From a virus (lineage: Duplodnaviria; Caudoviricetes): a stretch of 64,000 nt of DNA. Positions 1 to 9,288 of the stretch are shown piece after piece. The notes under the pieces are model-generated. The model saw only the letters and a program-made list of their open reading frames with translations, was not told where the DNA came from and did not search any database. Numbering within the stretch: the first letter of the stretch is position 1; the number at the start of each line of letters is the position of its first letter. The position numbers were made by a program, and so were the translations under genes. Location of the stretch: the IMG/VR virus record IMGVR_UViG_3300030117_007612, positions 128,001 through 192,000 of that record; one strand, 5' to 3'.

Positions 1-1
1 C

Positions 2-250
2 GCCTCCTTGAATGAGCGACAAAAAAGTAAAATTGTCGAAGCTATTTCAAATGCAGGTTCAGTTGAAGAAGCGAAGGTATTATGTGAAACCCTTCAAAGC
101 ACAGTGGGTAGTACGAAAGAGAAACGTACTCCAAAATCATTGAGCGAAGCAATCGCACGACCCTCCGCAATTATAAGGGGTTCTCGTAAAGAGGAGCCCT
201 CAGACGATCCGCTGTCGGAACGTTTGAAAAGACTAGCTGGAATAAAATAA
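2..250 (+). CDS. Prohead scaffolding/core protein, C-terminal part (5' truncated by window)
   Basis: Frame is open to the window edge; lies directly upstream of the major capsid gene; helical C-terminus ending SERLKRLAGIK. Confidence 0.6.
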   Translation, partial: ASLNERQKSKIVEAISNAGSVEEAKVLCETLQSTVGSTKEKRTPKSLSEAIARPSAIIRGSRKEEPSDDPLSERLKRLAGIK

Positions 251-275
251 TAATTATTTAAGGAGGTAATTTAAA

Positions 276-2033
276 ATGTCTAGTATCGTAGAAAGATTGA
301 CCGAGGGCATGGTCAATCGTGATATGAAAAAAGAAGGTCACGCACTTCTCAAGAAGTGGGAAAAAACTGGTCTTCTTGAAGGACTGCAAGATGAGCGTAA
401 GCGCCAAAGCATGGCTCGACTTTTAGAAAATCAAGCGAAGGAACTGCTTCGTGAGGTTTCAACAATGTCGGGTGGTGATGTTGAGGGCTTTGCTGCTGTT
501 GCATTCCCAATTGTCCGCCGAGTATTCGCAGGTTTAATCGCGAATGATTTAGTATCCGTGCAGCCAATGAGCTTGCCATCGGGTCTGATCTTCTTCCTTG
601 ACTTTACTGTTTCAAACACCATTGGTGAGGGTACCAGTACAAACGGAAGATTATCATATGAGAAGAATGAGTCCATTTATGGTCAAGGAGTCGTTGGTCA
701 AGAGATCACCGGCGGTGTGTCCATGACGCTCGACGATGCTGAGGATGGGCCTTGGAACCTTAACAACGGTTACTCGTCCACCACGGCTTCTCTGTCGAAT
801 GTGACACTCGACTTCCACACCAGTGGTACTTATGGTACCGGTGATGAGGGACTCGATAAGATTCTTCGTTGGGATCTTGACCTTACTTCTGGTTCTACCA
901 GAGTTACGGTTCTTAAGTGCCCAGTTGGTAGATTGACAAGCTCTAATGGTAACGTTCTGGATGGATCCCCAGGTAATCTTCAAGCAATTACGCTTTATGA
1001 TACCAATCTCGGAACATTCAGTAAGGGTCACCAAGTGCGTCGACTGACTCAGTTCTCTGGTTCAGCACAATCACACATCTTGCTTGTTGTCGCTTCGACT
1101 GGTTCTGAAGGTTCAACGACCCAGCATGATATTACCAACTATGTCACTGGTAACACTCTTGAGGTTACTTTCCCAATTATCGATAAACTCCAAAGTGCTA
1201 CGGCCGTTGGTTCTGTTATCGGTGCAACTGATTGGGCCCTTGAAAATGAGGGTAACATCCCAGAGATCGACATTCAGGTTGGCTCAATCGCCGTGACGGC
1301 GCAGACCAAGAAGCTGAAGGCCAAGTGGACTCCGGAATTAGGACAAGATCTTAATGCCTACCACAACCTTGACGCTGAGGTCGAGCTTACTCAGATCCTT
1401 TCTGAGCAAATTGCTCTTGAGATTGATCGTGAAATTCTTGCCGATCTCGTTAATGGCGCTAAGGCTGGTAAGTACTACTGGTCGCGTTCACCCGGTATGT
1501 TCCTGAACCGCACATCCGGTGAAGAAGTTGGTGCAGCATCTGCCGCCCCTGACTTCACTGGTACTGTCAGTGAGTGGTATGAGACTCTTGTTGAGACCAT
1601 TAATGACGTGTCGGCTCAGATCCATCGCAAGACCTTAAGAGGTGGTGCTAACTTCATCGTTTGTAGCCCTGAAGTTGCTGCTATTCTTGAGTTCACTGCT
1701 GGATTCCGTGCCAATGTCACTGTTGACGGCGAAACTGGAACAGTCGGTGCTGTTAAGACTGGAAACCTTTCTAAGAAGTGGGACGTCTATGTCGATCCAT
1801 ACTTCTTGCGAAGTGTAATTCTTGTCGGCCGCAAGGGAGGAAGCTTCCTCGAAAGCGGATATGTGTACGCACCGTACGTACCACTGCAAACTACACCTAC
1901 AATCTTCGGACCAGAAGATTTCGTGCCCCGTAAGGGAGTCATGACTCGCTATGCGAAGAAGATGGTCCGACCTGATATGTACGGTCTGGTTATCGTTCGC
2001 GGTATGCTCGGAGAGTCCGGCGCAACTAGCTAA
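276..2033 (+). CDS. Major capsid protein, T4 gp23-like
   Basis: Motifs PIVRRVF..LIANDLVSVQPMSLPSGLIFFLDF, KKLKAKWTPELGQDLNAYHNLDAEVEL..ILSEQIALEIDREIL and GYVYAPYVPL; SD AAGGAGG upstream. Confidence 0.95.
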   Translation: MSSIVERLTEGMVNRDMKKEGHALLKKWEKTGLLEGLQDERKRQSMARLLENQAKELLREVSTMSGGDVEGFAAVAFPIVRRVFAGLIANDLVSVQPMSLPSGLIFFLDFTVSNTIGEGTSTNGRLSYEKNESIYGQGVVGQEITGGVSMTLDDAEDGPWNLNNGYSSTTASLSNVTLDFHTSGTYGTGDEGLDKILRWDLDLTSGSTRVTVLKCPVGRLTSSNGNVLDGSPGNLQAITLYDTNLGTFSKGHQVRRLTQFSGSAQSHILLVVASTGSEGSTTQHDITNYVTGNTLEVTFPIIDKLQSATAVGSVIGATDWALENEGNIPEIDIQVGSIAVTAQTKKLKAKWTPELGQDLNAYHNLDAEVELTQILSEQIALEIDREILADLVNGAKAGKYYWSRSPGMFLNRTSGEEVGAASAAPDFTGTVSEWYETLVETINDVSAQIHRKTLRGGANFIVCSPEVAAILEFTAGFRANVTVDGETGTVGAVKTGNLSKKWDVYVDPYFLRSVILVGRKGGSFLESGYVYAPYVPLQTTPTIFGPEDFVPRKGVMTRYAKKMVRPDMYGLVIVRGMLGESGATS

Positions 2034-2051
2034 TCGATAGCGTAGTCTAAT

Positions 2052-2090
2052 AAAAAAAGCCCCTGCTTTGAAAAAAGCAGGGGCTTTTTG
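2052..2090 (+). terminator. Intrinsic (likely bidirectional) terminator after capsid gene
   Basis: AAAAAGCCCCTGCTTT-gaaa-AAAGCAGGGGCTTTTT perfect hairpin with A and T tracts. Confidence 0.9.
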
Positions 2091-2209
2091 TGTATCTGAG
2101 GCTATGTATAAGCAGAGGGCACATCATTAATAAGTGTTCAAGTGGATACTTGAGGTGTATACCTCTATATAAACACGTTATAAATTATTAAAATAAGGAG
2201 AAATATATA

Positions 2210-3160
2210 ATGGGAAAAAGAATAGGCTTGTTGAGAACACAAGCATTATTAGAGAACTTAAAAAGAGAGATTAATCTAGAAAACACTACGTTTGCTAGAA
2301 AAGACAATGTAATATTCAGATGGAACTATATCGATTGTCAGACGCCAATCATTTCAAACCTTGCCGGCAACGGCGGCGCGGATGGTGTTATGGCTGCTGG
2401 TGATAAATTTAGTGCGATTTTCCCCGGACCAAATGTCGGGGACATGTATCCTGTGCAAGCATGTTGTATCGGCGCTCACACCGTCGCAGCCGCCGGCTTC
2501 AAAGTCGAAGGCACCGTTGTGGCGACCGACACGAACAACACAGCAGCAGGCTTAAACCTTCAAGGTGATGCAGCCACTGCTGATAACACTGGACTTGAAA
2601 TGATTCTCGGTGGAACAGAAATGGGTGGAGCCTCGGCTTGTACAATTGGTACCCATTCAATGACCATTGACGCAACTTTTTACAGCGAAGACTACACCGA
2701 CGCTGATGCTGTCACAATTGGATTTAGGAAGGTGCAAGCTTTCCAAACCGGCCATGGTGCTGCTCTTGCCGCTGCTTCTGGTGATCCTTTGTACACTGAT
2801 TTTGTGGCATTTGGTGTCCAGTCAGCTGATGATGTTCAAATTGCATCAGACATTAATGACGGTGGTTCCGGCACTTATACAGATACAACCCAAGCGACTG
2901 CTGCTAGCAAGAACCATAGGTTTAAAATTTCTGTAACAAAGGCTGGTGTTGTGACATATCAACATGTTGGCGCCCAAGTGATGGATAGCGGAACTTTGGC
3001 CGCTCCAACCACTACTGCTGCCTACACCTTTGATTCTGGCGATGTTGTCGTTCCCTATCTGATTATTCAGAGAGTCAATGCGGACTCGCAAACCCTGTTG
3101 AAGAGTATCACAGTGACTCGCGTAGGCGGCCCTGCTTCATATGTTGGCGCCCCCTCCTGA
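2210..3160 (+). CDS. Hypothetical protein, probable capsid-associated/decoration protein
   Basis: 316-aa Ala/Gly/Thr-rich, beta-type ORF between capsid and neck genes; SD AAGGAG. Confidence 0.5.
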   Translation: MGKRIGLLRTQALLENLKREINLENTTFARKDNVIFRWNYIDCQTPIISNLAGNGGADGVMAAGDKFSAIFPGPNVGDMYPVQACCIGAHTVAAAGFKVEGTVVATDTNNTAAGLNLQGDAATADNTGLEMILGGTEMGGASACTIGTHSMTIDATFYSEDYTDADAVTIGFRKVQAFQTGHGAALAAASGDPLYTDFVAFGVQSADDVQIASDINDGGSGTYTDTTQATAASKNHRFKISVTKAGVVTYQHVGAQVMDSGTLAAPTTTAAYTFDSGDVVVPYLIIQRVNADSQTLLKSITVTRVGGPASYVGAPS

Positions 3161-3191
3161 TTTGAGCTTCACATAAGTCTCTTTCAAATTC

Positions 3192-3232
3192 CCTTCTTCG
3201 GAAGGGGCCCCCTTCTTCGGAAGGGGGTTTTT
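3192..3232 (+). terminator. Tandem duplicated C(UUCG)G hairpins; second followed by T tract
   Basis: CCTTC-TTCG-GAAGG then CCCCCTTC-TTCG-GAAGGGGG-TTTTT. Confidence 0.85.
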
Positions 3233-3325
3233 CTTTCTCAAAACCAAACGAATCTTCAAAAAACACAACTCCAGAATTTTTTTCGCCGCCAATTTTTTGA
3301 GATTTTCATTTTTAAGTATCTTAAA

Positions 3326-3333
3326 ACTACTTA
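3326..3333 (+). promoter_or_regulatory. Putative late-promoter motif ACTACTTA
   Basis: Recurrent (A/C)CTAHTTA motif, about 20 nt before neck gene. Confidence 0.6.
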
Positions 3334-3352
3334 GTACAGGAGGCGTCTATGC

Positions 3353-4621
3353 ATGGCAAAACCAAATTTAAGTCCCAAATCAACAACACCGGAAAATGTA
3401 CTAACCGCTACGGGGAGTACCGATGATGTAGCTGCGTCAGTTCCTTTCGGAATATACACGGGATCTGCCGATTTTATATCTGGCGCCGCAGCCCAAGTGG
3501 CCTATGTTTATAAGAAGCTCGGTGGAGATGTAATTGACATTGAAATTACAACAGCGAATGTATACTCCGCCTATGAAGAGGCTGTGTTAGAGTATTCTTA
3601 CATTGTCAATTTACATCAATCGAAAAACCTGCTAGCTAATTCACTAGGAGACGCGACCGGTACGTTCGATCATAAAGGCGAATTGAAATCAGGCCCAGAA
3701 AGCGTTAATTTAAAATATCCGAAATTTGAGCTTGGATACGCCAGACGAATGGCTGAGGGTTTTGCGTCGGAAGCAACCATTGGAGGAAATATCAGAGAAT
3801 ATTCAGCCTCATTTGCTACAAGTGAAGACCAACAAGATTACGATCTACAAGATATTATTGATTCTGCCTCAAACAGCGGAGTTGACGACAAGGGCGACTC
3901 AGTTCCCTATTCTGGCAAAGTTGGAGGCAAAAAAGTATTAATTACTAGAGTGTTCTATAAATCGCCAAGAGCAATGTGGAGATTTTATGGATATTATGGC
4001 GGAGTCGGCGTTGTCGGCAACTACTCAACATACGGACAATTTGCCGATGATGCAACTTTTGAAATTATACCGACTTGGCAAAATAAGATGCAAGCCATTA
4101 TGTACGAAGATTCAATTTACACAAGAACCTCGCATTATTCGTATGAATTAATTAATAACAGGCTGAGACTGCACCCCACTCCAAGTGATTATGGCAACGA
4201 CAACAGAATATGGGTAAAATTTATGATCCCCACAGATGCATGGGTAGACGATGATGACTATAATTCGGGAATAGTTGGTGTTAACAACCTAAATACACTG
4301 CCATTCGATAACCTACCTTTTGAAAACATCAACTCCATAGGTAAACAATGGATTAGAAAATATGCACTGGCGGTCTCAAAAGAAATGCTGGGTCAAGTCA
4401 GAGGTAAGTTTGCTACATTGCCAATTCCGGGAGAATCTGTGACCTTGAATGGTCCAGAGTTGGTCAATCAGGCAAAAGAAGAGCAACAACAGTTAAGGGA
4501 CAAATTGATGGAAATACTCGATCAATTAACTTACACAGAACTGACTAAGACGCAAAATGAAGCTAGCGAAGCGGCCGCCAATGTTTTAAAGAATTCCCCA
4601 TTGCCGATTTTTGTAGGATAA
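3353..4621 (+). CDS. Neck/head-tail adaptor protein (T4 gp13-like)
   Basis: Position after capsid genes; YKKLGGDVIDIE and KQWIRKYALAVSKEMLGQVRGKF..LPIPG..VTLNG resemble gp13-type neck proteins. Confidence 0.75.
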   Translation: MAKPNLSPKSTTPENVLTATGSTDDVAASVPFGIYTGSADFISGAAAQVAYVYKKLGGDVIDIEITTANVYSAYEEAVLEYSYIVNLHQSKNLLANSLGDATGTFDHKGELKSGPESVNLKYPKFELGYARRMAEGFASEATIGGNIREYSASFATSEDQQDYDLQDIIDSASNSGVDDKGDSVPYSGKVGGKKVLITRVFYKSPRAMWRFYGYYGGVGVVGNYSTYGQFADDATFEIIPTWQNKMQAIMYEDSIYTRTSHYSYELINNRLRLHPTPSDYGNDNRIWVKFMIPTDAWVDDDDYNSGIVGVNNLNTLPFDNLPFENINSIGKQWIRKYALAVSKEMLGQVRGKFATLPIPGESVTLNGPELVNQAKEEQQQLRDKLMEILDQLTYTELTKTQNEASEAAANVLKNSPLPIFVG

Positions 4622-4626
4622 GTTAG

Positions 4627-5115
4627 ATGTCAGATGAATGGAGACAGCCAGACGCACCGCCAGCCCCGTTATTCACTGGTAAAAAAGAGCGCGATTTAGT
4701 AAAAAAGGTAAACGATGAGCTAATTGAAAAAATCATCGGCCAGCAGGTTTTATATTATCCGATTGACATTGAGCATACAAATTTCAATGAATTATATGGC
4801 GAAGCCATTGAAAAAACATTTTTACCACCAATAAGAGTTTACGCACTTGTTGAATTAAATGAATATGGGACAAAATACTCGGAAAATATAGGATTAGACA
4901 AAGAGGCAAGAATCACGGTTAATTTCCACAAAAGAAGACTTGAAGAAGATCAAAATCTTTTTGTTAGAGAGGGAGACTTCATACTTTACGGTAAGACTTT
5001 TTACGAAATTGTCATTTTAAAAGAGCCTAGGCAACTTTTTGGCCAAATAGACAATAGGTTTGAAATTTCTGCTATATGCGTCAGAGCAAGAGAGGGATTA
5101 TTCGATGCCGATTAA
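4627..5115 (+). CDS. Neck/head-closure protein (T4 gp14-like)
   Basis: Synteny; LIEKIIGQQVLYYPID..LYGEAIEKTF..VREGDFI motifs. Confidence 0.7.
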   Translation: MSDEWRQPDAPPAPLFTGKKERDLVKKVNDELIEKIIGQQVLYYPIDIEHTNFNELYGEAIEKTFLPPIRVYALVELNEYGTKYSENIGLDKEARITVNFHKRRLEEDQNLFVREGDFILYGKTFYEIVILKEPRQLFGQIDNRFEISAICVRAREGLFDAD

Positions 5116-6034
5116 AAAGAACTTTGATTTTGCGAAATTACCCGCACAATATGGCAATTTTAAACTCCAAGACATTGGCATGCATGCCTCAACAATTGAA
5201 GTTGTTGATCAGTCTTTGGTTAGCTGGGTAAAAGAAGATTTGAGACCGGTTGCTTCCACCAACAAGGGCTTGTCACCCGTACCAGTCTTATGGGTTACCC
5301 CTGAGCGCGCCTTTCAGATTAAAAACAAAAAAGAATTAAGAGACGAAACAGGTAATTTAAAATTACCCTTAATAACTATCGAAAGGACAAACATAACAAA
5401 AGATCCCGCCAGAAAGGGCGGTTTTCAAGCCCACCTTTTTTCCGATAAAAAAAATGGCAGATCTGGACGTTTTGTAATTGCAAAAAGAATCAAACAAGAC
5501 AAAACGAGAGAATTCCTTGTTAATGATGCTGTTCGACCGGCAAATCAAACTGGTGGTACAATTCAGGAGCATTACCCACACAAAAATTTAAAAAAACTAG
5601 TCATTCAAATTGTTTCTATACCGATTCCCGTTTATATTAATGCAAATTACAAAATAACAATTGAGACCGAATATCAAAGCCAGATGAACGAACTTGTTAC
5701 GCCGTTTATTACTCGCCCGGGCCAAATTAATTCTTTCTTGCTGAACAGAAACGGCCACAGATACGAGGCGTTTGTCGAATCGGACTTTTCTCAATCTAAT
5801 AATACTGCGAACATGGGTGAAGACAACAGGAAATTCATCACCGAAATTACAATCAGAGTTTTAGGATACTTAATAGGCGATGGCGAAGACCGGGATCGCC
5901 CAATTGTCAGAATTGATGAAAACGTAGTCGAATTACGACAACCCCAAGAGCGTGTTTTGGCTGGGGATTACGATGAAAGCATCGATAAAGAAAGAGAATT
6001 TCCCCGCGACTATGGCATTTTGTCTAAGAGTTAA
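5105..6034 (+). CDS. Tail terminator/sheath stabiliser (T4 gp15-like)
   Basis: Synteny before sheath genes; LKLPLITIERT and IPIPVYINANYKITI..YQSQMNELV; start moved to ATG 5105 overlapping the upstream stop. Confidence 0.65.
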   Translation: MPIKKNFDFAKLPAQYGNFKLQDIGMHASTIEVVDQSLVSWVKEDLRPVASTNKGLSPVPVLWVTPERAFQIKNKKELRDETGNLKLPLITIERTNITKDPARKGGFQAHLFSDKKNGRSGRFVIAKRIKQDKTREFLVNDAVRPANQTGGTIQEHYPHKNLKKLVIQIVSIPIPVYINANYKITIETEYQSQMNELVTPFITRPGQINSFLLNRNGHRYEAFVESDFSQSNNTANMGEDNRKFITEITIRVLGYLIGDGEDRDRPIVRIDENVVELRQPQERVLAGDYDESIDKEREFPRDYGILSKS

Positions 6035-6035
6035 T

Positions 6036-6077
6036 AACAAAGCGCTTTTAGAACTTCGAAATACTATTTACAGATGT
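6036..6077 (+). promoter_or_regulatory. Upstream element with late motif ACTATTTA (6063-6070), copy 1
   Basis: AACAAAGCGCTTTTAGAACTTCGAAATACTATTTACAGATGT, near-identical to 9203-9244. Confidence 0.7.
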
Positions 6078-6131
6078 TATAGTACCAAATATGGGTTAAA
6101 TAGATACATTTTATAAAAAGGAACCGTAAAT

Positions 6132-9100
6132 ATGTCAGTAAAAAGCTTTAAATTTGTTTCGCCGGGGGTGTTCATTAATGAAATTGACAACTCATTCATT
6201 CCTAGAACGCCAGACGTCATAGGCCCAGTTGTTATTGGAAGATCTGCCCACGGACAAGCACTTAGACCTATAAAGGTCGACTCTTTCTCTGATTTTGTTC
6301 AAAATTTTGGATATCCCATCGCCGGCGGTCGCGGCATGGATGTTTCTCGTCATGGGAACGACATTGGGCCCACTTATGGGCCAATGGCCGCACAAGCATA
6401 TTTGGACGCTAAAGTTGGCCCCGTTACTTTCGTTAGGCTTCTCGGGGCACAGCACGATGATGCCACCAGCACAGGATTGGCCGGATGGAACACTGCCAAT
6501 TTAAACACTACCTTGGCTGACAATGGTGGAGCTTACGGATTACTTGTGGTTCCGTCTGCATCGATTGGAACGGCCGTAAAGGGTACATTGGCTGCAGTAT
6601 GGTACTTGAAAGAAGGATATACTCTCACTTTGAGTGGGACCTTGAGGGGCTATGGCCCAGATTACTCTGGTCCTCGCTTCGATGGTGATGGGCGCCTACT
6701 GGCCGACTTCGACGGCGCCGCCGCACTTTTTGGAAGCACTAGCTCTTCTTTGGATGGTGACTATAATTCGTTTACCGCACACATTCAAAATGCCGCCGGC
6801 GCCACAATACACAAAACGAGTTTTAACCTCAATCCGAACAGTGAGAAATTTATACGTAAAAGATTTAATACAAACCCACAATTGACAAATGCGACAATCA
6901 CTCCATCTGCAAATCGTGAGTATTACTGGCTTGGGGAAACTTACGAAAGAAGCTTAAACAAGTTAAACCTAACAGGCTCCTCATATGGCGCAATTGTCGC
7001 CATTCAGTCTGGCTCCGCTAAAACCGGCATGCAAGATATGAAGATGGGCTACAAAAACGCTACGGCCGGCTGGTTTATTGGACAAGATCTTGAAAGTGAT
7101 GTTGGTAGTTTCTGCGTTGCAACCCCACTGCGCGCCCCCAAGTTGTTCAAATTTCATGGTCTTGAAAATGGCGAATGGCTGCACAAAAATGCGAAAATAT
7201 CAATCGAAAGAATTAAAAAATCTACATCAAAAAACGATAAGTATGGCAGCTTCTCGGTTGTCTTGAGATCACTCAGGGACAACGACAATGCTGTTAAAGT
7301 TTTGGAAAGATTTGATCAATGTAATTTAAACCCTGCATCGCCTAATTTTATTTCTAGAAAAATCGGAGATCAGTACTACACTTGGAGCGAAGGAGAGAGA
7401 AGGCTGCGCTTGCAAGGTGATTATCCAAATCAGTCTAGGTATTTTAGAGTTGAAGTTGACGAAGCCATTGCTGAAGGTGGAAAAGATCCGCTTTATCTGC
7501 CATTCGGCTTTTATGGTCCACCTAAATTCAGAGACTTTATGTTTGTAAGTGGAACTAATGTGCCACACAACCAAGCCTACACTGCCAGTGCAGATGGGAC
7601 TTTTGGTTCACTTATAGGTGGTGATGATGTAGGCAAGTCCGCATTTGTCACGGCTGGATCAAGCATTCCCAGAAGTCTTGTTGGAACTGCAGCTCACGCC
7701 TCTAGCAGTTTCCCATTCCCAAAGAGTGGTGCTCACACTGGCTCGGCAGCCATGGGTAACAACCCCAAGCCAAACACCGCCGCATTTATTCACACCGGTC
7801 GCTTTGATCTTACAGGAACAATTGAGTTTCCAGAAATTCCTTTGCGCGTTAGTGCTTCTGATGCGACTATGGGAGATCTAAGAGATTCGTACTTTGGTTT
7901 CCAAGCCAGCAAGGACAGATATAGCACAGAATTCGACCCGAGTATCCCAGACATCCTGAGAACCCTTCCGGCTGATGTTACTTCAACTTCACCGGGCGTC
8001 GTGGCCAATTCAGTCATATTCACGTTGGATGATATTAGAAGGACCGGCTCGGATGGTTATTGGGTTTCAGGCTCCCGCTTGAACAATCTTTCCGTAACTG
8101 CCCAAAGTGGCTCATATGAGGGTGTACTGGATGCAGGTTACGATAAGTTCACAGCACCATTCTTTGGCGGATATGACGGCTTCGATGTTTCCGAAGCGGA
8201 GCCTCTTAGAAACAGCCAATGGAGCATATCTTCAAACAATCTAAATAGCTATGCTTTCAACACAGTTAAGAGAGCCATTGACACTGTTGCCGATCCAGAA
8301 TTCATCGAAATGAATCTTGCAACCGTTCCCGGCTTAACTAATGCTCAGCTTACAACACACCTTATGAATGTGTGTGAAGATCGCGGTGACGCACTGGCAA
8401 TAATTGATATTGAAAACGTATACACTGCCGACACTGAAGGCACCGAAAGCATAACAGAGAGAAAAGGAACAGTATCACAAGCTATCACTAGCTTGAGAAA
8501 CAGAGGAATAAACAACAGTTACGGATGCACGTTCTACCCATGGGTTCAGATCAAAGAGCAAGCTTCAGGTAGAATTCTGTGGACGCCTCCTTCTGTGGCC
8601 ATGCTGGGTGTTTTCGCTAGCTCGGAAGCAAAATCAGAACTTTGGTTCTCGCCAGCCGGCTTTAACAGAGGCAGCCTTTCAGACGGCGCCGCAGGATTGC
8701 CAGTCTTATCCGTGTCGGAAAGACTGACTTCCGAAGATCGCGATACTCTTTATGAAGCAAACATTAATCCGATTGCGACATTCCCAGACACTGGAATTGT
8801 GGTGTTCGGACAGAAAACTTTGCAGTCAGAGCAATCGGCACTTGACAGAATCAACGTCAGAAGACTTGCGATTTACCTTAAAAAGCAAATTTCCAGAATG
8901 GCCACCCGCATCTTATTCGATCAAAATGTTGAAGCCACGTGGAACAGGTTTAAAGCAGCAGTCGAGCCGCTCTTGTCAAACACCAAGGCCAGATTTGGAA
9001 TTTCGGAATATCGCCTAATTTTAGACGATTCGACGACAACACCAGATTTGATTGATCAGAATATCTTGTACGCTAAGATAATGATCAAGCCCGCGCGCTC

Positions 9101-9161
9101 AATTGAATTTATTGCAATTGACTTTGTCGTTGCTTCAACGGGTGCATCATTTGATGATTAA
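6132..9161 (+). CDS. Contractile tail sheath protein 1
   Basis: FVSPGVFINEIDNS N-terminus; C-terminal WFSPAGFNRG, LYEANINPIATF, VVFGQKTLQ, LDRINVRRL, PARSIEFI. Confidence 0.95.
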   Translation: MSVKSFKFVSPGVFINEIDNSFIPRTPDVIGPVVIGRSAHGQALRPIKVDSFSDFVQNFGYPIAGGRGMDVSRHGNDIGPTYGPMAAQAYLDAKVGPVTFVRLLGAQHDDATSTGLAGWNTANLNTTLADNGGAYGLLVVPSASIGTAVKGTLAAVWYLKEGYTLTLSGTLRGYGPDYSGPRFDGDGRLLADFDGAAALFGSTSSSLDGDYNSFTAHIQNAAGATIHKTSFNLNPNSEKFIRKRFNTNPQLTNATITPSANREYYWLGETYERSLNKLNLTGSSYGAIVAIQSGSAKTGMQDMKMGYKNATAGWFIGQDLESDVGSFCVATPLRAPKLFKFHGLENGEWLHKNAKISIERIKKSTSKNDKYGSFSVVLRSLRDNDNAVKVLERFDQCNLNPASPNFISRKIGDQYYTWSEGERRLRLQGDYPNQSRYFRVEVDEAIAEGGKDPLYLPFGFYGPPKFRDFMFVSGTNVPHNQAYTASADGTFGSLIGGDDVGKSAFVTAGSSIPRSLVGTAAHASSSFPFPKSGAHTGSAAMGNNPKPNTAAFIHTGRFDLTGTIEFPEIPLRVSASDATMGDLRDSYFGFQASKDRYSTEFDPSIPDILRTLPADVTSTSPGVVANSVIFTLDDIRRTGSDGYWVSGSRLNNLSVTAQSGSYEGVLDAGYDKFTAPFFGGYDGFDVSEAEPLRNSQWSISSNNLNSYAFNTVKRAIDTVADPEFIEMNLATVPGLTNAQLTTHLMNVCEDRGDALAIIDIENVYTADTEGTESITERKGTVSQAITSLRNRGINNSYGCTFYPWVQIKEQASGRILWTPPSVAMLGVFASSEAKSELWFSPAGFNRGSLSDGAAGLPVLSVSERLTSEDRDTLYEANINPIATFPDTGIVVFGQKTLQSEQSALDRINVRRLAIYLKKQISRMATRILFDQNVEATWNRFKAAVEPLLSNTKARFGISEYRLILDDSTTTPDLIDQNILYAKIMIKPARSIEFIAIDFVVASTGASFDD

Positions 9162-9202
9162 TCGAGGAACTTGAAAGAATGGCATTTTATTCAACAGCAG
9201 AG

Positions 9203-9244
9203 AACAAAACGCTTTTCAAGCTTCGAAATACTATTTACACATGT
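9203..9244 (+). promoter_or_regulatory. Upstream element with late motif ACTATTTA (9230-9237), copy 2
   Basis: AACAAAACGCTTTTCAAGCTTCGAAATACTATTTACACATGT, duplicated along with the sheath gene. Confidence 0.7.
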
Positions 9245-9288
9245 CACAGAACAAACAAAAACATGAATAACAGAAAGGAATCATAAGT

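Noticed and set aside
2100-2200. Late motif upstream of 2210 and 17198 (GCTATGTATAA, GTAGTTATAA) and small leader hairpins
   Set aside because: These only partly match the CTAHTTA consensus and are too weak to call.
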